Shown here: one piece after another, positions 11,601 through 25,576 of the stretch
Position numbering within the stretch: position 1 is the stretch's first letter
Layout: every line of letters begins with the position of its first letter
Assembly (NCBI GenBank): GCA_976226885.1
Contig: OZ320319.1
Coordinates: 23,002,001-23,066,000 of the forward strand
Direction: 5' to 3'
DNA: 64,000 nucleotides
Source of the DNA: Iphione sp. A-MEVVRFRX5
Taxonomy: Eukaryota
The notes under the pieces: model-generated
The model's database searches: none
Told to the model about the DNA's origin: nothing
What the model saw: the letters and a program-made list of their open reading frames with translations, nothing else
Translations under genes and position numbers: made by a program

Positions 11601-14600
11601 AATCAAGTGCTTTACGTATACCTGTAGTATAGTGTTTAACATAGAGTTATCCAACGCTTGAGGTGGACTTAACATTTGACAAAGGAATCCCCTTCCTGAC
11701 AACTCAACAAACTTTTAAGAGAAAGTAGAAAATCACAATCACCAAGCTGGACTGTCCCCTTAATGACGTCAGTAATCACACGGTTTATGGGTCCGTACCT
11801 GGAATATTCCTTCAGAGATGTCATGAAATGGTCGACACTTTGCTTTTGCTTCGCACCCAGACACGACATGAGGAAGTGGACATCATTGAAGGCGAGCAGG
11901 TGGTCATCAAGGTGTGAGCGGCTGATTTCATGGACGTCTTGCCATCGGTCACCCACATTAACACCTGCAAAACCGTAAGGAGCAGATTTGTATTTGTTGG
12001 GCCTTCCCTTACATAAAAGAACTGGTTTTTCCCCCTGAAGATCTTCCCAATGAAGACATCTTTGTACACATCAAGAACAGAAACTAACAGGATCATGTAT
12101 CGCTGGATATGAATGAAAATATGGAGATTTGAAAAGGTGAACAGAAATAAAGAAATATAGAAATAATTCGGTGGGTCCCAGCACAAGACGAAAGAACAGA
12201 AGCAGAACAACACACCGAGGTGTACCAGGCCTAACACAATCGCACACCGAGCTTTTACTGGTTACCTACGTACCTTCCATTTCCAGTCGATACAGCAGGG
12301 AGCTGGCATCCACCAGATCTAACATGGCTCCAGAGGACTTGGCTCTCTGGCTGATCTACAACAGCAAACTCAACATGTAATCTGACCGCATGAGTGAAAA
12401 CAGCCTGCAATATAACTGTGAATGTTGTACATGTATTTCCACGACAAACATACAGTAGACGCCCTATTTCATGTATGGACGTTGGAGATTTGCCAACTAT
12501 TAAGTCTGTCACATTTTAGAGGCCGACACGATAACCACTACATGTACAGCCAAGTCCTGAATAATTGAGACCGGCATTTAGATTAACCGAGATAATATTA
12601 CTGAACTGTGAAGGCGTTATTTATCCAGGTGCTTCACCATGCGGTCTAATGCCGCTAGGCGACCAAACTGGAATGCAACCTAAATCATCACTGCAGCCCA
12701 ATATGTTCAGAACGGAATTTTTAGTATAAGCAGCCGAAGTCTTTAATGACAGCTACCTGCCACATAGGCAGTGTTATAGGTGTTTTGGCTTTTGCTTAGT
12801 ATGAGCTTAGACTTAATGCAAAATAACTAGGGATGAACCTTGAAAACTGAACAGCTATCGTTTCATTTTTCGAAATATGCTATAAAACAATGCGACTAAA
12901 TACCACTCATGCGGCAACTTTGGTGAAGTACAGAGTGATGGCCGCATTGCAGCATTTGACTGTATATTATGTGTATATTATGCAGAATTAGATAACCCTT
13001 AACAGTTCCAACTCACCTCAGCATCAAAAATGTCCAGAGCACCCTGGTACTCGCCCTGTGTGAGAGAAAGAAAGAGGGACATAGGAGAAACACCATGCAC
13101 GCACAACGAAACGTAAATGTAGTTGGACAGATGGAAACGAATGTATCTCGCATACCTGTCAGGCACTGCTAAATACCGGCGAGGAACCGGGCATGACGTA
13201 TTCTCGGTCAAGTTTTTTTTCTTTTGGACGTCTGGATTTTTTTTAGAATTACTATTACAATGATGACAGAGACAAAAATGATTAATACAGACAAAAAAAC
13301 TATGTTCTACCAGGTCCTCCAACAGCACACCCGTACATAAGCTGTTTGAATAAGCTCCATTAGAATATTTCGTGCATAATAATTTAAATTAAGTCGCGTA
13401 TTTAAAATTAAATTCCATAGCTATGAATGATTTAACATGATGAATATTCCGAAAGGTTCAACACAATCTGATATTTCTAATGACAGGTCATCTGCATTCG
13501 AAACATCGATTATCCGACACGTCAATAACCGATAATTATATTGGAGGGGGGGGGTAAATTTAATTAAATAACTTGCCGCGAGGCAGTATTTATTTGTAAC
13601 ATCTTTTCTCGCCTGACCCCGATTCTATTAAAACGAACATGTCCTAGATACGCAGGCTCTAAAATTCTCTTATCTAGAGAGAGAAGTAAGATGAACCCCA
13701 GCCTCACCTTTTCAATGTGGTAAAGTGCCCAGTGCCAGAAGTTGTGAGCGGCAAGCATCCCACAGAACTGAAACGACAGTCAGCGACGGTATCAATAAAG
13801 TGCATGTCGTGATCTTATTGATCGGTACAGTAGTCTCCCAAATGACAGGTAAGACGGGCCCCTCAGTAGGTATAACATGTCAAACATGTAAACATCTGTC
13901 GTTGAAAAAAATAGCACCTGGACTCGTTCTGTTCTCGTGGGATTTTCTCGAGAACAAAAGCACTAAACTGGTTTTAGAGTTAAAAAAAAGGAGTTCTATA
14001 GGTTTACGCATGTGTATGTACTGAATTCACATAAATGAATTTGTATGAGTGTACTTACTTACATTTAGTCTTCAGCAAATATTGCATTCTATACAGTGTA
14101 TGAATATACATGTATAAATATGTACATTTTCTTACGGTGCCCATCCCTCTCGTACATGTATGATTGTGATTTTTATAAGTCAATCCTATCATCGACTATG
14201 TGTGTGATATGTTGCTTTCAGTATGCACTGTAGACTTGTACAATTGTACGTATTTGTGTGAATGTAATTAGGATGTATGCATGAATGCACGTGTAGGTTT
14301 CGAGTATGTATATGTTTTTGTCTGTGTGTGTGTCTGTACTCGTGTGCATATGTGCATATGCGAGTATGTGCATTTGTATGTACATGTGTATGTGTGCAAA
14401 AGCCTGCACGTGCATGTATGTATGTATGTATGTATGTATGTATATGCGTGTGGTTGTGTGTATATAAGCGTGTTGCTCACCGACCAGTCCTGTACTGTCG
14501 AGCTCATGAAGGCGATGCCCTCGTCGTGACGTCCCGTCACCTCCAACACGTGAGCCAAGGAGTGTGTGGACCAAGCATCTCGTCGGTTAATCTCCAGGCC

Positions 14601-16973
14601 TTTCCGTGACACGCGCTCAGCATCATCAAACATGTTTGTCTCCACCAGACCGAACGAGTGCATTCCCATCAGGTAACTGGTCAAGAAATCAAGTTCAAAA
14701 TGTTTCTAACATTCTGAAAAACCCCTGCATGTCAGCTGAGCTTGGGCGAGCTGGGGGAGCTGAAACGTCTTTTCCAAGTAAGGACTTTTCATATTGTGTA
14801 AAATAGTTTTAAGTTACAAGGATAAAGGCTACAGAGACAAAGCACATATACATGCATATATGTGTGTTGTGTGAGAATGTACCCGTATAATGGCATTGTT
14901 GCCTTCCAGTGGGGGAGTACACGAGCGATGGAGTCTCTCATCTTCCGCTGCTGGCCCATGTAGAAGTAGGCATCGTGGGCAAACTTGATGGCCAACATGT
15001 CATTCGGGAATTCAACAAGAATCTCCTCCCACAGGCGTGTGGCTGTCTCCATGAACCTAAGATAAACGGTAATAATACGTTTTCAGTGGACTATTTCGAC
15101 ACTCGCTGAACCATAATAGTACAGAAGAGCCAAGCTCCCAGACCCCTTATAGGTGTTTCATCCGGAAATTCAATCTAGCTCAGGTGTGTTGAATGGGGAC
15201 AATATCAGAGCAAAGGAATTCAGACTTGCCGAGTAACACACAACTCGAGGGTTTGTGTACATCACCCAATCATCCACCTAGAAGCATCTGTTCACATTCA
15301 AGGTCTGCAAAGTAATAATCTAAAACTGGAGATCTATATGTATGTCTTCAGACTATGAACATAGGGGCTGAAAGTAAATTAGCACCACCTTTTCAGGTCT
15401 GTCCCCCCTCCGGACATCAATCTCATGTGAAGATCTTACCACTTCATCCCCAGTCTGGTCTCTCTAACTTGGCAACCCTGGCAGTGGTGTATTTCACAGG
15501 ATTTCACTTATAAACGACAACAAATTACAGAGAAACTGTAAGATTGGCAGTGAATTGAAACTACCGTCAAGATACTACGAAAACAGTTGTAATATAGGGG
15601 TACATGGGTATAGGCATACCCATTAACATGGGGAGTGTGTATGTTTTTATATGTATATGTATACAAACATGGAAAAAAAATAAATATTGCATACCCGTCA
15701 GCACAGGTTGAGATGGCAGCAACATGCTTCTTCTCTCTGCTGTTCACGTGCTCAGAACTTGCCTTTTCGACCATAAAGCTAATGGCAGCCTGGAATTCAG
15801 GGTCCAGATTCACTGACCTGCCAGTGCCCATTAGATCAAGCCCATTGCTCATCACATGACCCATCACTGTCACAGAAAGGCAGAAGTTAGGGGTTCATTA
15901 TACACAAGGTCAAGAGGCAGCGGAAACACTCATGAATTGTTGGGAAAGTAGTTCACTGCGGAAAAATCAAGATTCGTTGAGAAGTAAAAGGCAGATGGAT
16001 TGAATCATTTAAAAAAATGAGAACAGGCTTCCAAGATGTTTCTTAGTCCGTAGTTTCCCAACAATGTTATGAAGTATTTAAAATTATGCTGAAGTAACTT
16101 CAAATGTCAATGACCAAGCAACATGTGTGAAATCAACATTTGTATTCAACTGACGGAAATGTTTGACTTGTATCAAATATTTGAGCTGAAAATCCTCGCA
16201 CATGGCCCGTATGATCAGATACAACTGTTGAACAGCGAGTATTTTTAAGATGAAGATAGAGGAAGTTAGATATGGCTGAAAAATGCAGCATTGATGAACT
16301 ACCATCATACAAAAATACCCATGGAAATAAGGCTATTTTTATATGGCTAAAGTGAGGAGCCACTAGCCAGCTGGAAACAGAACTCACCAAAGTCAGGGTC
16401 TGCTTCTAACATCTTGGCGCATGCGTTCTCCAGGCCTCCTACTGAGGGGTCTTCATACCACCCGACGTACTGGAACAAGAAATGTCTCTCACTTACAACT
16501 CATCGAATACTCTAGGTACGTTCTGCTTTAATGTACTTTGTATCATCCCAGCGGTCCTGCTACTGAAGAATCCTCCTGCCAATCTAGATACCTTTACAAG
16601 AAAAACCTCTAATCTTTAGTGGTCAGTGCATTCTACTTCATTGAACCTTATACATCACCTCAGCAATCCTCATACCATCCAATACACTGGAAAAAAGATA
16701 ATATCCCACACATACAACTCAGCAAATGTATCAGTGACTCTCTATTTGAATATACTATATATGTGCCTTATATCAGTCTTCCAACCTTACCAGACCTACA
16801 TGACTACATGTAGTACACCTAGAGCAATATTGAGAAAACTTCATATACACCTGACCTCGGTTAATACCGCGCAGAAAAGTGTTCAGGAACCTCACCTGGG
16901 TTAATGATGCATCATATAGTTTGGCAGCTTCGTTATTTGTGGTAGAAAGGGGGAGACCATAATCTCTCCAGGC
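8681..16973 (-). CDS. TTC38: Tetratricopeptide repeat protein 38 homolog (start exon not included)
   Basis: Phase-consistent GT-AG exons: 16896-16973 (AWRDYGLPLSTTNNEAAKLYDASLTQ), 16388-16469, 15695-15866, 14883-15056 (LWEEILVEFPNDMLAIKFAHDAYFYMG), 14481-14676, 13708-13767 (HNFWHWALYHIEK), 13017-13055, 12274-12355, 11799-11964, 11240-11399 (IGGSDAQ), 9690-9763, 8681-8771 (ends in TGA). Colinear with human TTC38 as recalled. Confidence 0.95.
9140..9266. mobile_element. Tc1/mariner-like MITE in a TTC38 intron
   Basis: TA|CAGTGGAGTCTCTTTTTACGACCAC ... GTGGTCATAAATAGAGACTTCGCTG|TA, i.e. TA target duplication and ~25-bp imperfect TIRs. Confidence 0.75.
10802..10979. other. Assembly gap (N run) in a TTC38 intron
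   Basis: 178 Ns. The flanking exons join in phase (AQ|RD), so no coding exon appears to be lost. Confidence 1.
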
Positions 16974-18414
16974 CTGGAAGCAGAAACATTTAGATGATTG
17001 CCTTTAAAAGAAGTACGTGCACCAGGAATATGCAATCTACCCCAGTAACTAACACGCTCAGTAATCAATAACCACCTGCAATACATGGATTTTCAATTAG
17101 ACAGAAATCGTCAGTTTCCAATATTGGCCGGAATAAAGCCTTGTTAACTCTGATATCCTTGAAGTCCCCATACAGTAGTATGTACTTGCTAAGGCTATGT
17201 TATGTCCATGTACAGCAAAACAGCACATTATGACAGACTACAAAGTGAACACGACCAGGATAAAGGACTCATGATTCAGCTCACAGAGTGTGGCGATGCT
17301 CGAGGTTACAAATAATACGTACTAGGCTAGAAACGCTCGAATGTCAAAATTTATGTATGGAATCTGGGGATATTTCACCTAACAGAATTAATCTAACATG
17401 ATTAAAATAAGGACATGTTTTATATCTATGCTGATGATGTATAGTGTAAGATGCAGCTTTGAGCTGCAAGCATGGCGATAATGCATCCAACCTCTAACCA
17501 ACCAATGTGCCACTAGTTTCATGAACTAAGAGATTTTGTAGCAGAATCTCCACTATTTTCATGAATGAGATGTTTTTTGTAGTAGGACCTCCACTAATAT
17601 TTATGCCAATGGTGCATAAATTAGATAAATTCTTACACTACCATCCTGACATGCAGAGGGGGTAGTGAGAAGAGGGGGGTCATCCTGGAGACGGGTGTTA
17701 CTATTGGAATGTGCTGCTTCGAGTTACACAAAGGGTTCAGTTTTGGAACATTGGTGGTGGTGGGGGGGGGTGTCAGTGCGATGCTTAGCTCTGTGACACA
17801 TTTGCTGCCAGTTTGTACCTTTAGCAGAGCAGTACCAAAGTAATAGTAAACAACTAATTATGCATTTTACTTTTGGTATTTATTACAGTGTAATACTCTG
17901 CCATGGGACACAGAGGAGCACTCCTAAAACATACCCCAGTCAGCAAAATTCAGAACAAAAACAAAAGGACAACCAACTTAAAAGACAAACTTAATTGGCA
18001 CATGGCTTCGTCAATGTCAACAGGGAAGTAGACATGCATTCAGCTTAAATCATCGACTACCACACTCTTCCTGAACACCTTCTCTGACAACCATCATGCA
18101 TCCTTGTCTAGTCGGATCTGTCAGTCAGATGCTGAATGGCTTTCCAAAAATAGATTCAATAAAGAACACAAGCTACAGCCGTTGGGAGTATTAAAAGAAA
18201 AGCAAATCAGTGAGTCATATTTCAGGAGCGTTCCGGTGAAGTTCACATCAGGACCCTCCTTAAATACTGGGTGGGTTTTATACAATTTGTTCAGCTGTAA
18301 TACCTCTATTGTGCGAAACAAATGGACCGGGTCATCCCCCGCCCCATGCTCCCCACCCCCTGCTGACCTACCATTCTATTTTCGGCAGGAGACTTAAGGG
18401 AATCAATATATATA

Positions 18415-18593
18415 CAGTGGAAACCCTATTTACAACCACATCAATTTACGACCATTCTTGCTATCACGACCACTTGGGATGGGAACAAAAATACTGTTTT
18501 TAAGAGTTAAGAATAATCTATTTATGACCAAATTCACCATTACGACCAGTTGAGTTTGGTCCCAAGGTGTGGTCGCAAACAGAGTTTCCACTG
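18415..18593. mobile_element. Tc1/mariner-like MITE
   Basis: TA|CAGTGGAAACCCTATTTACAACCAC ... GTGGTCGCAAACAGAGTTTCCACTG|TA. Confidence 0.8.
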
Positions 18594-19594
18594 TATGTGT
18601 GTGTGAATATGTGTGTATATGTATGTGATTATAGACGAAGAAATTGCATTTATCGTTGTGCAACTGCATGAATTTTAGGAGTCAGCTTTTTCCTGCATAA
18701 AGGCTTAAAGAGAGGAACTAGATACCAGCCACTCGGAGGCCAGAAACAGGCAAATATATAGGCAAATGTCCTGGTGGGTCATCGTTACACAGATATACGT
18801 GTACATCCTTTTATTCTCCTGTTGGGTAACTAGTCATTTTCGCCATACAGTCACCCATCGCCCCCATACTGAAATGGACCCTTCTGAGGCTCCATTGTAT
18901 TCTGCTAATTAGATCCACTATGTTGGTGGTCCATTAAGCTTATCGAGGGGTGTCCTCCTATCGAAGGCTATTTGCCGATCTACACTACCATTTCCCCTCC
19001 CACTAAAACATCTGAATTATAAATGTTCTACGTACATAATCAACTATCAACACCATGCATGTATTGGGGTGCTTTAAAAAGAGAGACTCGGTAAAACGTG
19101 ACTGAAATATAATTGTCTAATATAAATCTAGATAAAATATATCCCTGTAATAGACTCAACTTAACGGATGTGGACCATAAAGTCATAATTTGCACCCACA
19201 TCAGTTTACATTACTCCGGCACCTGCTTCTGGATTTATATAACAAGGCATTAAAGCGCTCTGGAAAGGTCCCCTATGGAGAACTAGTGATTAAGTGGATT
19301 ATATATATATATATTAGTTCGTGGGCGGTTCTTTTAAAGGATATGCAGGCAGCAAGACTGACAGACACACGCCCAGAAAATTATACAAAATCGGAGGGAG
19401 ATGAACCCAAAAGATATTTTACCATTAAACTCCGAGGCGTCCACCATCCCTCATTGTCTCATAAAAGGTCTTTGTAAAAAAAAATGTCAGATAAAAAATT
19501 CTCGAATACCTGCACAGTCGTATACTCAAAGCCTGAAACCTAGACATTTGACCTGCACTGGTGCATGTGTACAATGTACACAATCAGGTACTAA

Positions 19595-19941
19595 GGCCAA
19601 AAAAATAGGTGTGTTTCTGGTAATGGCCACCCAAATACCTAGGTAGGGAGCGGGGGTATCTTTTTTCTTTTTTTTTTAATTTTAATTTTCTTTCCACTTT
19701 CTTTCTCTGGTTTTTAATAATAATTAAGATAATATGAATAATTTTGATCAGTTTACAGTTTTTTGCTCAATTTCCATGGATTTGGTTGTTTTTCTATTGA
19801 ATTTACCAAAAACATGTGCCGTGAAAACATGTATCTTCGGAAATTCAGCCTTGGAAACTCTTTTGGGCCAAAAAATGTTTAGGTAGGGTGAGGTTTTACT
19901 AGGCAGGGATGGGTTACCAGAACCAGACCTATTTTTTGGCC
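19595..19941. mobile_element. PIF/Harbinger (Tourist-like) MITE, copy 1
   Basis: TIR GGCCAAAAAAATAGGTGTGTTTCTGGTAA / TTACCAGAACCAGACCTATTTTTTGGCC, flanked by TAA and TGA. The internal sequence matches the 22776 copy in inverted orientation. Confidence 0.75.
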
Positions 19942-20814
19942 TGACATGGACATCTTTTTTTTTTTAACAATGTGCACAACCAGTCGTGTATATCTCCAGG
20001 CTTGATTCAATACGGAGAAAAAGCGGATTCCTGCCTGTGGTTTCGTTTTATAAATGCGCCTGTTGTTTTTAGGGAATCTTAAACTCGCGAACTGAAGTCA
20101 GTTCAAACATGACGAGTAATCAAGGGTATGAAGGCGTATTCAATACTGCATATGCCGCCATCCCTGAGACGAATATAGAAGGAGACACAATATGTGTAGA
20201 CCTACACAGAAAATACCAGAGGAGGTGGGCAGCCCAACCAGGAAGGTGCAATGCCAGTGGGACGCAATCAGTTTTTTTACGTCTTTCAATGGATTTTCAA
20301 AATGTACCAAGGGAATTTGACGAATCGATATTTCAAAAAACATAAGTCTATGGAAAAAAGTGAAAAGCAACAAATAGGATGGTTGACAACAAATGGGTTC
20401 AGTCACCTCTTCAAGTCATAAATTGTCAGTGTAAAATTCCTTGTTTATTTGGTTTGTCCAATTTTGAAACCGAAATAGTAATTGTATGCATGCACTTACA
20501 TGGCAACACATCAACTCTGTTATGGACTATCAATTTTGACCTCATTAATAGATTTTTCTACCCTCCAGCATTGAAGAATGTGGAGTCAGCTAAGGTAGAC
20601 TTCCTTAACACAGAATGTGCAGACCAGGGCGTGATACTGACTGTATGAACTTAACAGAATCCATATACGGTCCAAACACCAATACACAGACACTTTTCTA
20701 CCACTACATGTGTACACTTCCTTGAGCAACTTCTTGGGGTGGCTCATGCTTAGCCATTTCACGCTTCAGTGGTCTGTACAGTGTGTGTCAATCTGTCTAC
20801 TCTGATACACTCAC

Positions 20815-20832
20815 CACCATGGTCGCACTTCG
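20815..20832 (-). CDS. Candidate 18-nt micro-exon carrying the TTC38 start codon (ATG at 20820-20818, encodes MV)
   Basis: Minus strand reads polypyrimidine tract-CAG|CGAAGTGCGACCATGGTG|GTGAGT: strong acceptor, good Kozak context (ACCATGG), and a phase-0 donor matching the phase-0 acceptor at 16973. Confidence 0.4.
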
Positions 20833-22014
20833 CTGAAGGGGAGAGGGGAAGGAGAGGACGAAGGCCTTCAAGCAAGGCCTCCCAGGCTTATAAAACATCC
20901 CTACTGATTCCTCAGATAAGGATAGGTAGTAAAAAAGCTGCCCCTATGCCCAGTGGAGGAGAGAGGAACAGTCACTGTTTTGCTTATTACTCTCTTTTCT
21001 GTCACAGAACAGATACAAGTTTTCGTTGATCTAAAGTACTTGCATACCTAATAAGAGAGGATCATGTACTCTTCTTTGAATTTCATTAGTTTTAGAAAGA
21101 ATGAGATGAGACCCACGTTATCGCAACTGTTTTTTTTTTTATAGATGCATGTAGTTTATCTACACAGACCCCCACTTGGCAGTTACCACTGCAGCTAGCA
21201 CAGCATTGTAGCATCGATTATGTGGTAAACTCATCTCCGTGTAATTTACAACACATAACTGACCTTAATCCTACTGCATCTAGCACTATATAGGCACATC
21301 CCCGGGGCACATCCCTTCGCTCTGTTCTCACTGGGTATATATTCGGCTAACAAGAAGGGACAGATGGTAGAGACAGGAAAGAGCTACAAATAGAGACAAC
21401 ATGAAATGACAGGCAGAGAAAGGAAAGCGTAGAATTATAGCTAGAGAGGAACAACATGCGGCCAGTGGTGACAATGCCTCCAGGCATCAGACTCACAAGT
21501 AGGCCTACAGTGCCTACGTGTTCATAAGCCATCGTTGTGTATAGGCCCTACATACCTGTGTATCACGCCAAGCGGAGTGCAGTGCCATAGTGTATTAAAG
21601 GTAGTGGTCTTGATTCAAGAAATGGAGCTGACCCGGCTTTTCTGCTTTTTCTTCTGTCTGCGTGTCTGTTTGTGTGTCTCTTTCTCAAACACACTTTCAA
21701 GGTCTCTCTCTCTATCCTCTCTATGCCAGTCTACGCTCTCTATCTGTCGTTCTCTGCTCCGCCTTGTTTCAACTTCTCACCATCTGTGCCCAGCCGTCTA
21801 GATGTGTCCTTATGTCGTTCTCTTCCCGCCAGCGTTCCTCTTCCTTTCCTCACTGACCTGTCTCTGCAGGCCTGCCGCTGCCGTCTAGCCGTGCTCTGTG
21901 TTGTTTACGGTCCTCGTGGAGCTCCACCTTTGCCCAGAGTCTATGTTAATGCGTGTGTGTTACTTCCAGACCGCTGACTGAGAGTCAAGCACTCCCCTAC
22001 CGTACCGTCCCCTT

Positions 22015-22145
22015 TTGACGTAACTGGTCACGTGTTGTAATCACAAACCACGCCGGTTGGCTCCCTGGTGCATGTCCCGTTCGATCCCGTCTACTCTGCG
22101 TTTGCCCTGGATCAGTATTTATGTCACTTTACGTGTGACGTCAGG
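22015..22145 (-). promoter_or_regulatory. Candidate TTC38 promoter region
   Basis: CpG-richer segment with GTCACGTG (22027-22034, E-box) and TGACGTCA (22136-22143, CRE). A minus-strand donor CAG|GTCAGT at 21858 could end a non-coding first exon. Confidence 0.3.
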
Positions 22146-22775
22146 AAGGGACATAGCGATTGAGGCTGCCGTTGTTTCACATGACTGGGTGATGTTAGAA
22201 AGGGGCGAATGACATTGCTTGGTCCCAAGCTGAATACGGTCAGCGTGTACCTTCACTAGAGTTGCAAACAGTAGTGTCACTTGTAAAGCCATGTACAATG
22301 TTGGGTGGATCAGAACGGTGTCAGAGGTTTAATCGAAGCATACATGTGTATACATACTTATTTACATGTGTTATATTTCTTGGACTGGTCTCAATATGGG
22401 GGATATAGGCCATTGGTTTACACCTACTTATCGTGTACGCATTGTGTAATGCCGGGTGTTATGTTGAAGACAGTGCAACAAAAAGTATTTCGTATACTGT
22501 CCTATTGCCAAGCTAGTAGTAGGCCTCTGCTTACTTATCGCTCCATCTACTTCCCTAAGATCAAAATCAGTGATAACGGGACCATCATCTCAAGTCAAGA
22601 TGCTGACAGATGTAGATAATTAGGCCTAAGTTATCTATCGGAAAGGTGGTTCCAGGGGGTTTGTGGGGGAGGGACAGATAACCCCTTCTCTCCTCAAAAT
22701 GGGCCCTATGCACCTACAAATCTTGCTCCTAGTCCCTGGGATAGCTATTCCTATCTAGACTAAATTTTCATGTAA

Positions 22776-23164
22776 GGCAAAAAAAATAGGTGTGTTTCTG
22801 GTAACCCACCCCTACCTAGTAAAACCTCACCCTACCTAAACATTTTTTGGGCCTAAAGAGTTTCCAAGGCTGAATTGTGCTTTCACGGTGCATATTTTGG
22901 TAAATTCAGTAGAAAAACAACAAAATCCATGGAAATTCAACAAAAACTGTAAAACTCATGCAAATTGGTCAAAATTCTGCATATTGTCTTATTATCATTG
23001 AAAACCAGAGGAAGAAAGTGGAAAAAATTTTTAAAAAAGATACATCCCCCCTCTATACCTAGGTTTTGGGCTGGTTGTTACCAGAAACACACCTATTTTT
23101 TCTGGCCTAAGCATGTTTGTGTGTGGGCTGGTTGTTACCAGAAACACACCTATTTTTTCTGGCC
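22776..23164. mobile_element. PIF/Harbinger (Tourist-like) MITE, copy 2, with tandem duplication of its right end
   Basis: TAA|GGC...GGCC|TAA at 22776-23107. A ~57-bp unit covering the right TIR plus flank is repeated, giving a second GGCCTAA at 23161-23167. Confidence 0.8.
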
Positions 23165-24562
23165 TAAGCATGTTTGTGTGTGCTGTGTTTCCATGACCAC
23201 AAAGCCATGAAAAGTTACGCCATGTTACCCCCTTATTTTGGTGAAATAGAATAGAACATAGTGGATCCTTGAAGCTCCCCTGGATATTATCACAACATGC
23301 CTAAACACGCATACAGGGCTATCAAATTCGTGAAGTTTCCCAATCCAAAAATATGCCAACACACCTGTGAAAATACATCACATGGTACATCAGGACACTC
23401 TTGGTGGTTTAACCATATAGTTCCCCTAGAATACACTGAAAACATGTCGTCGTGGTCGTGAAAACACATGTTCATGTATTCTAAGCCTAATACCATAATA
23501 AAAAAACTCATGGCCATATCGCGCTACTAACATTTCCATGTGTAGCGCGTTCATCATGATATCTAGAATCCATTGCACGCTCATGCTAGACATGGACATG
23601 CTACATGGTACATGCGACATGGGTACATGGAAACACTCCTGATCTTTTCGCATGCGAAGCCTGGGACAGGTTGTCCTGAGGACTACGTACATGTATGCTG
23701 GTTCACCTGATACACTTTTCTATCTGGTTTGCAGTCTACAGGGAAAAACACCAATAGCTGGCCCAGAACCGCCATGCCTTTGTCTGGTGGTAGTGGAAAA
23801 GTCTATTATAAATGTTATTTATAGGGGGCCTTTACTTTAAATGTCTCTGTAATAATAAATAAACATTGTATGGCGGCACATTGTCCTCGATAGAGCTTTG
23901 CCACCACAGAAAGATGGACAAATTTACCGGTCATGACCCAGAAACATTTCGTCAGCAGAGGATCAACGTGAGGACAGACGTTTTTTTTTAAAATCTTTTC
24001 TAAACACCACATTTATTCAAGAATGCCTGTTTTAAACAACTGAACTGAGCTTCGGATAAAAGAAAAGTTGTCACAAGGACCCTGTCACACACACAAAAAA
24101 ACAATTATTTTAGCTTTAAAGCAGTTAGCAGCAAAGAAGGTTGTCGCATTTCTTAATGCCAGTGTCGCACTTTTTTTGCAAAAGGCTGCCAAGCCCTTAT
24201 AAATAGCACGCAGCTTTTGATAATTTTTAGAGAATTGCTGATAAAACTGTCAGAGTTGTCACAAATATTAGAGAATCCCTCACATTGCACCTGATTTTGT
24301 TCAGTCAGCCACTCAGGTAATCTGACCCATAAAGTTCCGATTACAGAGCATTTGCCGTAGCTAGGTGAGAGAACCAAATATTTCGATCATATATTTCAAT
24401 GTCGAATGATCTGTTACTTTTACACTGACGAAATGCACTGAAATACCATAGTGGTCAGGACAGGATACTGGCGCTAACTTTAAGGTCAAAAACGAACATA
24501 GAAACGTAAACGTAGACCTGCATTCGCTGAGCGTACTGCACGGTCATTAGTGGTGTCTATGA

Positions 24563-24563
<1 letters not shown>

Positions 24564-24640
<77 letters not shown>
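24564..24640. repeat. Compound (TCTG)n(CT)n microsatellite
   Basis: Direct reading. Confidence 0.95.
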
Positions 24641-25399
24641 GTGTCCTCCTCTCTTTGCTGCTTTCCACGTTCATTGATTATCTCTTTGTGTATCTTCCCG
24701 GGCGTCTTCTTTTTGCCTCTGTTAGTGCACTCTCCGAGGTGTCAGAATTTTCTCTCAGACCCGCAACTAGTGTGGGCGGGGAGGGAAGGGGATCACTACG
24801 TTAGTTATTTATCACACATGCTATCATAGAAATTAATGATCGTCTATCATACAACATTTAATATCAAACGACCCCTTGTTACGTGGGGAGGGGACACCTG
24901 TCACATTGTTAACACCAGGGAGAGAATTGAATTGAATTGCTTTTATTAACCAAATCTCAGGTGTAGTAGAGTTTTCCTTGGTTAATACATGAGATGACTT
25001 AATTACTAGTGGATACAAATTGATAGTCAGAGAATACACAATAGTAACATGATGAAGTGTACAGTATATTCACATTATGGAGATTTTCTGGCTTCTGCAA
25101 CAAAGAGGCAGTTAATCTGTGCCTTATCATGAATGTTTCATTCTTAATTAAGACTAGATCACAGTTCTGAAGGTAAAAATATTATATCCGCGTACAGATC
25201 AAGTGCACCTTTGACCCAGACCATTGCACCTCTCTTGTGTGCAAGCTGCGGTGAGAGTGTTTGTTGCTAATATTACCTTGTTGCAATCACCTACAGTATT
25301 GTCATCTTGATGAGAGTCGGTCTTAGCAATGTCGATGCTTGTGTGTACCTTCTTTCATTAGAGTTTGTTCCATGGTGCTGTACGTTAGCAACCTAGGTA

Positions 25400-25576
25400 C
25401 AGTGCAGTCTCGGTTTCCGACCAGGGGTTGGGACCAGGCTAAAATGGTTGTATTAGCAGGAATGGTCGGAAATTGATGTATATTAATTATAAAAATCAAT
25501 CTTTTGCTCCAAATCAGGTGGTTGGAATAAGCAGAAAGGTCGGAAATTGATATGGTCGGAAAGAGAGATTCCACTG
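25400..25576. mobile_element. Tc1/mariner-like MITE
   Basis: TA|CAGTGCAGTCTCGGTTTCCGACCA ... TGGTCGGAAAGAGAGATTCCACTG|TA, with internal repeats of TGGTCGGAAA. Confidence 0.8.

Noticed and set aside
19190-19300. LLDLYNKALKRSGKVP, faintly like a LINE reverse-transcriptase motif
   Set aside because: Too short, with no further RT motifs.
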